DNA from: Oscillospiraceae bacterium
GTDB lineage: Bacteria; Bacillota; Clostridia; Oscillospirales; Ruminococcaceae
DNA length: 64,000 nucleotides
Direction of reading: 5' to 3'
Assembly: GCA_021200775.1 (NCBI GenBank)
Contig: JAJQGB010000016.1
Span: 191,575-255,574, forward strand
The notes below the pieces were generated by a model, which was given only the letters and a program-made list of their open reading frames with translations, was not told the origin of the DNA and did no database searches. Of the stretch, positions 46,722 to 54,109 are shown one piece after another. How positions within the stretch are numbered: position 1 is the stretch's first letter; each line of letters begins with the position of its first letter. The position numbers and the translations under genes were made by a program.

Positions 46722-47472
46722 CGGCTTTCTTGTCTCTCAGAATGAGAAAAATCAGCTTTTCCAAAATCAGCGACAGGAGTACAACCGTAATCGTCCATGC
46801 AAACAGCGACGGCGTTTCAAGGTAAATCTTCGAGTAGTAGACCTGCGAGCCGACGGCATTTTTGGGAAGGCACAAGACCTCCGCCGCAACCCCCGATTTC
46901 CATGCAAGCCCGACGCAATTCCTGATTCCGCCGATGAGGTTTGGCTTGACCGACGGCAGATATATTCGTCTGATTTTTGAAAGAGAGCTCATCTCGTAGC
47001 AGTTCGCCATTTCAAGAAGCTCATGGTTGACCGATTTAATCCCGACTGACACACTTTCCCACATGACCGGCATAACCATAAGCCCGGAAATCACCGCCGG
47101 AACCGCACCTTTTCTCACCCATAAGAGAACGAGAATAATAAAGCTCGCCACGGGAATTGCCCGGATAACCCGAAGGGCAGGGGAGATAATCATGTCAATC
47201 AGAGAAAATCTCGAAGTCAGAGCCGCCAGCAGTATTCCCAACAGTCCTCCTAAGAATGCTCCCACAAAAATCCTGAGCAAGCTCATACCTGCGGCAACCC
47301 AGAAGTCGGATGTGACAACGAGCTCGCAAAATCTCTTTAAAACTGCAACCGGCGTCGGAATAAGAAGTTCCTGCCCGACGACAGTTGCGGCAATCTGCCA
47401 GACTGCAAGCCAGAAAACAGTCGGGAGCAGGATTCTTAAAGCCCGATTACTTCGTAAAGTAGAAGTCTTCAT
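46702..47472 (-). CDS. ABC importer permease (NitT/TauT family)
   Basis: 6-TM BPD-transport-like protein. It overlaps both neighbouring genes. Confidence 0.75.
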   Translation of the reverse strand: MKTSTLRSNRALRILLPTVFWLAVWQIAATVVGQELLIPTPVAVLKRFCELVVTSDFWVAAGMSLLRIFVGAFLGGLLGILLAALTSRFSLIDMIISPALRVIRAIPVASFIILVLLWVRKGAVPAVISGLMVMPVMWESVSVGIKSVNHELLEMANCYEMSSLSKIRRIYLPSVKPNLIGGIRNCVGLAWKSGVAAEVLCLPKNAVGSQVYYSKIYLETPSLFAWTITVVLLSLILEKLIFLILRDKKAGDSLEN

Positions 47473-48421
47473 CGGGGATAGCTCCGCCTACTGACGAGGC
47501 ATTTGCATTGTAGAGAACAGTGTAGTATGGCTCAATAGTGGTTCTTATCTCATCGCCGGTGATGCAACAGAGGTTGCAGTCTGGGATAGCCTTCTTGGCA
47601 ACAGCTGACTTTGCAACGATTCCGTAGGTCTCGCAGAGCTCTGCGGCGTGCTCGACATTTGCCTGTACGTTCTTGATTGACTCGGCGTACTCTTCAAGGA
47701 ACGCCTCAACTGCTTCCGGGTGCTCTTCCGCAAACTCAGTCCTTACGACGACGCAACCCATCGTGAGCTCGCCCTCGTCGGTGACGTTGTTCCACTCTTC
47801 GGTAAGGTCGAGAGCGATTCTCACGTCTGAATTCTGAATCATTACGTTCGTGACAGCCGGAACAGGGAGCATACAGATTTCAGCTTCACCCGATGCCATG
47901 AGAGTGACAAGGGCACTGGAATCCATAAACTCAATAGTGACGTCGTTTTCCGGGTCGATGCCATTCTCGGAGAGAATATAGTCGAGTACATACTCCGGAT
48001 TCGCACCCTGACCGGTTGCGTAGATTGTCTTGCCTCTGAGGTCTTCAACACTCTGGATTGAATTGCCGTTTTCAAGGATATAGAGAACCCCGTAGGTGTT
48101 CAAGGCGCAAATCTGAACTCCGCCTTCGGTCTTGTTATAGAGAGTTGCGGCGAGATTTGTAGCAACAGCGGCAATGTCGTAATCCCCGTTGATAAGTCCG
48201 GCAGTCACATCATCGTTCGCCGAGCTTACGGTGAAGTTATATATGTTCGTAGTATCGCCTGCGTCGTTTGCTTCCATAAGATACACAGCGCCAATTCCGG
48301 TAGGACCCGAAAGCACAGCTATATTAATCTCCGTCCCTGCTTCCTCCCCCGAACAACCCGAGAAAGCAAGAACAAGCATAAGTGCCATAATCAGTGCGAT
48401 AATTCTTTTTAGTTTTGTCAT
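47447..48421 (-). CDS. ABC importer substrate-binding lipoprotein (NMT1/THI5-like)
   Basis: Lipobox MALMLVLAFSGCSG, and 324 aa. Confidence 0.7.
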   Translation of the reverse strand: MTKLKRIIALIMALMLVLAFSGCSGEEAGTEINIAVLSGPTGIGAVYLMEANDAGDTTNIYNFTVSSANDDVTAGLINGDYDIAAVATNLAATLYNKTEGGVQICALNTYGVLYILENGNSIQSVEDLRGKTIYATGQGANPEYVLDYILSENGIDPENDVTIEFMDSSALVTLMASGEAEICMLPVPAVTNVMIQNSDVRIALDLTEEWNNVTDEGELTMGCVVVRTEFAEEHPEAVEAFLEEYAESIKNVQANVEHAAELCETYGIVAKSAVAKKAIPDCNLCCITGDEIRTTIEPYYTVLYNANASSVGGAIPDEDFYFTK

Positions 48422-48436
48422 GACAATTTCCTTTCT

Positions 48437-49075
48437 TTATGGCTGAGACAATTTTTCGGGGTCGAGTATTTCAACGCCGTTCCGGTCCTTTCGGATGACT
48501 CCCGCTTCTTCAAGCTTCGTGAGCTCCCGATAGAGTGAAGCTCTCCCGATTCCGAGCCTTCCGGCAATTTCGGAGAAGTTGCAACCCGAAACCTGTCCTT
48601 TGTCGTCGGCATTTTTGAGAAGAAACCTCGCCAGCCGTTTTTCGCTGCTGATTTCACCAAGAGTGTCAACCTTCTCGGACAAGAACCGAATCCGGGCTGA
48701 AAGATACCGGATATAGTTCATCCTGATTCTATCGTCCCGATTGATAAGCGTGAGGATTGCTTCCTGGCTGAAATAGAGGACAGTAGCGGCAGTTTTCGCA
48801 GTCAGCGTGGAAGCATATTCCGGCTCGTTGTTGAAAAGAGCCGCCGCCCCGAAAAGATTTCCGGAAGTAAGTTCACTCACCGAAAGCCTGCCCTTGGTAA
48901 CGGCAATCTTTCCGGAAATAACCACTCCCAGCACCCTCTGAAACTTCTCCGGCGAAAAGATAATCTCGCCTTTTGGGTAGCATTTCTCCTCGCAGGAAAA
49001 CTCCCGGATAAACTCTAAGATTTCCTCCGCCTGAACTCCCTCAAAAAGAAAAGTCGACCCCAAAATCTCCGCCAT
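48437..49075 (-). CDS. Crp/Fnr family transcriptional regulator
   Basis: A cNMP-binding-like N-terminal half and the C-terminal HTH NFSEIAGRLGIGRASLYRELTKLEE. ATG at 49075 is preferred over TTG at 49093. Confidence 0.8.
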   Translation of the reverse strand: MAEILGSTFLFEGVQAEEILEFIREFSCEEKCYPKGEIIFSPEKFQRVLGVVISGKIAVTKGRLSVSELTSGNLFGAAALFNNEPEYASTLTAKTAATVLYFSQEAILTLINRDDRIRMNYIRYLSARIRFLSEKVDTLGEISSEKRLARFLLKNADDKGQVSGCNFSEIAGRLGIGRASLYRELTKLEEAGVIRKDRNGVEILDPEKLSQP

Positions 49076-49137
49076 CTTCTTTCCACCAGCCAAAAAATCA
49101 CCCCGTTTTTTGTCTCATTTGATACAATTACGGGATG

Positions 49138-49166
49138 ATTATAGCACAAATACTAGGTTGTGTCAA
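49138..49166 (-). promoter_or_regulatory. promoter of the Crp/Fnr-ABC importer operon
   Basis: Minus-strand TTGACA (49161-49166), 17 nt, TATAAT (49138-49143). Three tandem GATGGGTT-like 8-mers lie just upstream (49174-49197). Confidence 0.6.
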
Positions 49167-49615
49167 GAGGACTCCATCAACCCATCAACCCATCCAGCAG
49201 AGGTTCCTGCTCATAGACGATGGCGGGGCTTGTGAGTCCGTCAGAATATATCATTATGAATTAGTCCTTTCAAATACAGATTCCCGAATCGACAATTTGC
49301 GGGCTTGCCGCAAACTGCTCAAAAACCTGTTTTTAGGGAGCTAATCACGCATCATTCGGGGTAGCTAATGGTGAGACACTCCCGGATGCGTACTGGAGTT
49401 AAAAGAACTAATATTAACCTTGACGGATGTTTTTGTTTTCATAATAAAGACTCCTTTCGTTTTCACCGCCCGATGAAAACCACCGGTCGTCACTTAATTA
49501 GTGTCAATTTTCGGTAAAAAAGTTGCACTATAGAAAAAATTTTGTAGTTGGAGCTGATATGCGCAGTCGCCTCAAAATAATTTTTCCTTCTCCCAAAAAT
49601 TTTTTCAAAAACCTC

Positions 49616-49644
49616 TTGACAACCCCCACAAAGCGTACTATAAT
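49616..49644 (+). promoter_or_regulatory. promoter of the peptide / Myb-like cassette (leader copy 2)
   Basis: TTGACA (49616-49621), 17 nt, TATAAT (49639-49644). Confidence 0.65.
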
Positions 49645-49650
49645 ATAGAC

Positions 49651-49835
49651 ATGTTGTGGAAGAGATGATAAAAACACGACCACAATATTCATTTCGGGGG
49701 GTAATGGTTCCTGCGGAAAATATTTCCGAAGAATCATCTGCCCATTCCAAACCTCCGGACACTATCAAACAAGTGCAACGGAGGATTTTTAATACCTGTT
49801 TTCCTCCAAAGCGCAAAACTAAGGAGGAATTTTTT
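49651..49835 (+). promoter_or_regulatory. structured 5' leader, copy 2
   Basis: GGGGGGTAA 49696-49704. TGCCCATTC 49739-49747. Hairpin 1 at 49752-49784 (CCTCCG..CACT/AGTG..CGGAGG), then ATTTTT. Hairpin 2 at 49801-49829 (TTCCTCC/GGAGGAA), then TTTTTT and the ATG. Confidence 0.6.
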
Positions 49836-49979
49836 ATGGATAAAGAAACGACTGGTGCATATGAAGAGCCTAGTTTTGAAATGATTGCTATGGATGATGA
49901 TGTTTATATCATATGTAGTATTAGCGACGCAGCTGGTGGTGGTGAGGTAGGTGGCGGCGGACTTATATATGACGACTGA
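49836..49979 (+). CDS. 47-aa acidic Gly-rich small peptide (MDKETTGAYEEPSFEMIAMDDDVYIICSISDAAGGGEVGGGGLIYDD)
   Basis: RBS AAGGAGGAA lies 7 nt upstream. The long track ORF 49656-49979 is the same frame read through the leader. Confidence 0.55.
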   Translation: MDKETTGAYEEPSFEMIAMDDDVYIICSISDAAGGGEVGGGGLIYDD

Positions 49980-50233
49980 TGAGAAGAATAGCCCCCGAGA
50001 TAAAAGCCGAGCACGTTCGACACCGGAAGAAGATTGATCGCAAGCGGTACTATGGCAAGACGGCAAACAAGTATCCGAAGCGTGCCTGGACTGACGAAGA
50101 AATCCGGCTGGTTCTCGACCACTCCATCCCCGACAGCGAGCTATCAGAGAAAATCGGTCGCTCCCTGAAAGGCATCCAGGAAAAACGCCGACGGCTGAAA
50201 AAAGCAGAAGAAAACAAACAACAAGAAGCCTGA
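49979..50233 (+). CDS. 84-aa basic protein with a Myb/SANT-like helix-turn-helix
   Basis: AWTDEEIRLVLDHSIPDSELSEKIGRSLKGIQEKRRRL resembles a single Myb/SANT repeat. The ATG overlaps the peptide stop (TGATG). Confidence 0.55.
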   Translation: MRRIAPEIKAEHVRHRKKIDRKRYYGKTANKYPKRAWTDEEIRLVLDHSIPDSELSEKIGRSLKGIQEKRRRLKKAEENKQQEA

Positions 50234-50253
50234 GCTAAGTCTCGGGCTTTTTT
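50225..50253 (+). terminator. intrinsic terminator
   Basis: Stem AGCCTGAG / CTCGGGCT, then TTTTT. It overlaps the stop codon. Confidence 0.75.
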
Positions 50254-50271
50254 GCATCGAAGGAAGCGGCG

Positions 50272-50332
50272 CCGCAGGCGACAATCATGTAGGGGCGGAT
50301 ATCATCCGCCCGCAAAACCGCAGGGCGACAAT
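50272..50332. repeat. GC-rich hairpin element flanked by direct repeats
   Basis: Hairpin GGGCGGAT-ATC-ATCCGCCC (50293-50311), flanked by CCGCAGGCGACAAT (50272-50285) and CCGCAGGGCGACAAT (50318-50332). The 11-mer GCCGCAGGCGA also occurs at 7991-8001. Confidence 0.5.
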
Positions 50333-50433
50333 TCCCAAAAAACTTTCAGTTAGCCTCTGTTTCCGCTTGTATTTTTTTAAAAACCGTGTTATAATATTTG
50401 TCGAAATGTTTGTATGAAAGGAAGCGTGATAGC

Positions 50434-52269
50434 TTGTCTAGACTTGCACTGATGACTGAAAGCCGGGCTGAGACGGTTGTCGAGGGTATTTACAAGGATA
50501 TGGAGCGGCGGATTGCCGCAAGTTCTTCGGATGTTTGCCCTGTCGACCTGACTCTGGCTTTTCTTAGAATGTGTCATGCCCAGACCTGTGGCAAGTGCGT
50601 ACCATGCAGAGTGGGACTTGCACAGCTGGGTAATTTATTGGAGGACGTCCTTGATGGAAGAGGAGACGACTCCACCCTGTCAAAGATTGAAAAACTTGCG
50701 CACGTCATCGCCGAATCGGCTGACTGTGCAATAGGATTTGAGGCGGCAAAGATGGTCTTGAAGGGACTCGACGGTTTCCGTGAGGACTACATATCCCATA
50801 TTGAGAAGCATCACTGCTTCGCCGGAACTCCGATGAGTATTCCTTGCGTAGGCAACTGCCCCGCAGGCGTCGACATCCCCGGCTATATCGCTCTCGTTGG
50901 CGAGGGAAGATATGCCGATGCCGTCAAACTCATCAGGAAGGACAACCCGTTCCCGACCGCTTGTGCTCTTATCTGTGAGCATCCCTGTGAAACAAGATGT
51001 AGAAGGACTCTTCTCGATGCACCCGTCAATATCCGTGGCTTGAAGAGAGCGGCTGTTGAAGGAGCAGGAGTTGTCCCCGCACCCGAATGTGCTCCGTCCA
51101 CAGGAAAGCGTGTTGCAATCGTCGGCGGCGGACCTTCCGGACTTTCATGTGCTTATTATTTACAGCTTATGGGACACCAGTGCACCGTTTTCGAGGCACA
51201 CTCGAAGCTCGGCGGAATGTTAATCTATGGCATCCCTGCATACAGACTTCCCCGTGAGAGACTCCAGAGTGATATCGATTGCATTCTCTCAACCGGCGTT
51301 GAGGTCAAGCTTAACACGAAAATCGGCGAGGGCGAATACACAATGGAAAAGCTCCGCGAGGAGTATGACGCCGTTTATATCGCAATCGGCGCTCACACCG
51401 ACAAGAAGGTCGGAATCGAGGGCGAGGACGCCGAGGGCGTCTGGTCTGCGGTTTCCTTCCTGGGCGGAATCGGCGACGGAAATATCCCAAATCTCACCGG
51501 CAAGAAGGTTTGCGTAATCGGTGGCGGAAATGTCGCTATGGACTGCACACGTTCCGCAATCAGATGTGGTGCTGAAAGCGTTTCAATCGTCTATCGCCGC
51601 CGTAAGGAGGACATGACAGCTCTTCCTGAAGAGGTTGACGGTGCAATCGCTGAGGGTGCAATCATGGTTGACCTTCATGCACCTTTGAAGATAGAAACCG
51701 ACGAAAACGGCAAGGTTGCGGCTCTCTGGGCTACTCCCTATATGCCCGGTCTTATAAAGAACGGAAGAATGAATCCGTCTCCATCCGGTCTTGAAGACAA
51801 GAGAATCCCTTGCGACGTAGTACTCGTTGCAATCGGACAGGGAATCGACTTCTACAAGCTCGAATCCTCCGGAATCCCGGTTGTAAGAGGCGTCATTAAG
51901 GGCGACGACTGGACAGAAGTCGAGAATGCTCCCGGCGTATTCGCCGGAGGCGACTGCGTAACCGGACCGAAGACTGCGATAAGAGCTATCGCCGCCGGAA
52001 AGGTTGCCGCCGCAAATATCGACTACTACTTAGGCTACAACCATACAATCACCACCGATGTCGAAATTCCCGACCCGAATCTCACCGACCGTCCGTACTG
52101 CGGAAGAATCAACATGTCCGAACGTGAACCGGGCGAGCGCAGAAACGACTTCGAGCTGATGGAAATCAAGATGACCGAAAAGGAATCCTGCCAGGAAGCA
52201 TCAAGATGCCTCCGTTGCGACCACTTCGGTTGCGGAATATTTAAGGGAGGGAGAAAGAAACAGTGGTAA
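50434..52269 (+). CDS. NAD(P)H-dependent oxidoreductase, GltD (glutamate synthase small subunit)-like with an N-terminal NuoF-type Fe-S domain; hydrogenase partner
   Basis: CGKCVPCRVG; Cys clusters CVGNCPAG and CEHPCETRC; IVGGGPSGLSCAYYL and VIGGGNVAMDC Rossmann motifs. TTG start at 50434 (RBS AAGGAAG) is preferred over 50398, which lies 2 nt after the putative -10 box. Confidence 0.8.
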   Translation: MSRLALMTESRAETVVEGIYKDMERRIAASSSDVCPVDLTLAFLRMCHAQTCGKCVPCRVGLAQLGNLLEDVLDGRGDDSTLSKIEKLAHVIAESADCAIGFEAAKMVLKGLDGFREDYISHIEKHHCFAGTPMSIPCVGNCPAGVDIPGYIALVGEGRYADAVKLIRKDNPFPTACALICEHPCETRCRRTLLDAPVNIRGLKRAAVEGAGVVPAPECAPSTGKRVAIVGGGPSGLSCAYYLQLMGHQCTVFEAHSKLGGMLIYGIPAYRLPRERLQSDIDCILSTGVEVKLNTKIGEGEYTMEKLREEYDAVYIAIGAHTDKKVGIEGEDAEGVWSAVSFLGGIGDGNIPNLTGKKVCVIGGGNVAMDCTRSAIRCGAESVSIVYRRRKEDMTALPEEVDGAIAEGAIMVDLHAPLKIETDENGKVAALWATPYMPGLIKNGRMNPSPSGLEDKRIPCDVVLVAIGQGIDFYKLESSGIPVVRGVIKGDDWTEVENAPGVFAGGDCVTGPKTAIRAIAAGKVAAANIDYYLGYNHTITTDVEIPDPNLTDRPYCGRINMSEREPGERRNDFELMEIKMTEKESCQEASRCLRCDHFGCGIFKGGRKKQW

Positions 52270-54047
52270 ACGTAATTATTAACAACACCCCCGTTCAGGT
52301 TGAAGAGGGAACGTCAATACTCGATGCCGCAAAGAAAATCGGCATAAATATCCCGACTCTTTGCTTCCTCAAAGGCATCAACGAAATCGGTGCCTGCCGT
52401 GCCTGCATAGTTGAGGTTGAGGGAATCGACCGCCTTGTCATTGCATGCGACAACGTGTGTAGCGAGGGCATGGTAATCCATACAGATACAACAAGAGTTC
52501 GTGAAGCAAGAAAAACCAACATCGAGCTTCTTTTAAGCCAGCACAGAGTCAACTGTCCGTCCTGTTTCCGTAACGGCACCTGCCAGCTCCAGAACATCGC
52601 TTCAACTCTCAGAATCAGCGACACATTAAGCTTTAAGACCGAATATCCCGCAGACAAGTGGAACGACAAGCTCCCCATCATCCGTGATGAGAGCAAGTGC
52701 ATCAAGTGCTATCGTTGCGTCTCCGTCTGCCAGAAGGTTCAGTCGTTAGGAATCTGGGACATGGTCGGAACCGGCGCCCACACAACCGTCGGCGTTTCCA
52801 ACCACCGCAGTCTCGAAGAAGCAGATTGCGCATTCTGCGGTCAGTGCATCACTCACTGCCCGACAAACGCACTTCACACCCGTGACGACACGGAAGCCAT
52901 TATCGGCGTAAACGGCGTAATGGACGACAAGGACAAGATTACCGTTGTTCAGGTTGCACCTGCTGTAAGAGCCGCATGGGGCGAAGAGTTCGGACTTTCT
53001 CCCGAAGTCGCCACCGAAAAGCGTCTTGCCGCGGCATTGCGACGTGTCGGATTTGACTATGTCTTCGACACCAACTTCTCTGCCGACCTCACCATCATGG
53101 AGGAGGGAACCGAGTTCTTAGAGAGAATCAAGCACCCGGAGGGCAAGAAGTTCCCGATGTTCACATCCTGCTGTCCTGGTTGGGTTCGGTTCTTAAAGAG
53201 CCAGTACCCCGACATGGTCGACCAGCTTTCAACCGCAAAATCTCCCCAGCAGATGTTCGGCGCAGTCACCAAGTCCTACTTCGCAGAGAAGCTTGGCGTT
53301 GCCCCCGAGAACATCGTCTGCGTCTCGATTATGCCTTGCACAGCAAAGAAGGCGGAGCTCGACATTCCGAGCATCAACGATGCCGCAGATGGTTGCAAGG
53401 ACGTCGACTTCTCACTCACTACCCGTGAGATGTGCCGCATGATAAAGGCAGACCAGATTGATGTTGCGGCTCTTCCTGAGGAAGATTTCGATTCGCCTTT
53501 GGGAACTGGCACCGGTGCCGCAGTCATCTTCGGAACCACCGGAGGAGTTATGGAAGCGGCTCTGAGAACCTGCTACTATATCCTCACAGGCGAGAACCCG
53601 AATGCCGACGAAACCTTCAAGGCGGTTCGTGCTCTCGGAAGCGACAAGCCCTGGACAGAGGCTGAATATAACGTAGGCGGAATCACTGTCAAGGCGGCGG
53701 TCGTAAATGGCTTAGGAAATGCCAGAAGACTTATCCGTGCAATCAGACGTGGCGAGGTTGAATACCAGTTCGTCGAAGTCATGGCTTGCCCGGGTGGATG
53801 CGTCGGAGGCGGCGGACAGCCGATTCACTATAACGAAGAGCGTGCTACTGAGCGTGGAAAGGTCCTCTATAACTACGACAGTGCCAACACTCTTAGATTC
53901 TCCCACGAGAACCCCGAAATCAAGGCAATCTACAAGGATTACCTCGGCGAGCCCTGCGGAGAAAAGTCGCACCACCTTCTTCACACCGACCACCACGCTT
54001 GGGATATGCCCGAAGCCTCGGTCTATGACGAAGACGTTGTTCACTAA
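52263..54047 (+). CDS. [FeFe] hydrogenase, group A (2Fe-2S + 4Fe-4S N-terminal domains + H-cluster domain)
   Basis: H-cluster motifs FTSCCPGWV, MPCTAKKAE and VMACPGGCVGGGGQP. Ferredoxin-type CIKCYRCVSVC and CAFCGQCITHCP. The GTG start overlaps the upstream stop. Confidence 0.9.
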   Translation: MVNVIINNTPVQVEEGTSILDAAKKIGINIPTLCFLKGINEIGACRACIVEVEGIDRLVIACDNVCSEGMVIHTDTTRVREARKTNIELLLSQHRVNCPSCFRNGTCQLQNIASTLRISDTLSFKTEYPADKWNDKLPIIRDESKCIKCYRCVSVCQKVQSLGIWDMVGTGAHTTVGVSNHRSLEEADCAFCGQCITHCPTNALHTRDDTEAIIGVNGVMDDKDKITVVQVAPAVRAAWGEEFGLSPEVATEKRLAAALRRVGFDYVFDTNFSADLTIMEEGTEFLERIKHPEGKKFPMFTSCCPGWVRFLKSQYPDMVDQLSTAKSPQQMFGAVTKSYFAEKLGVAPENIVCVSIMPCTAKKAELDIPSINDAADGCKDVDFSLTTREMCRMIKADQIDVAALPEEDFDSPLGTGTGAAVIFGTTGGVMEAALRTCYYILTGENPNADETFKAVRALGSDKPWTEAEYNVGGITVKAAVVNGLGNARRLIRAIRRGEVEYQFVEVMACPGGCVGGGGQPIHYNEERATERGKVLYNYDSANTLRFSHENPEIKAIYKDYLGEPCGEKSHHLLHTDHHAWDMPEASVYDEDVVH

Positions 54048-54067
54048 TCCAAACAGACATAAAAAAT

Positions 54068-54102
54068 TCCCGTGTTACTTAAAGTAGCACGGGATTATTT
54101 TT
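54068..54102. terminator. bidirectional intrinsic terminator
   Basis: 11-bp stem TCCCGTGTTAC / GTAGCACGGGA, loop TTAAA, flanked by an A-run and TTATTTTT. Confidence 0.75.
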
Positions 54103-54109
54103 GCTAGGT

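Noticed and set aside
49557-49646. 29-codon plus-strand ORF (MRSRLKIIFPSPKNFFKNLLTTPTKRTII), and the 69-aa track ORF 49135-49344
   Set aside because: The first runs through the -35 and -10 boxes of the leader-2 promoter and is AT-rich low complexity. The second overlaps the Crp promoter and has no SD.
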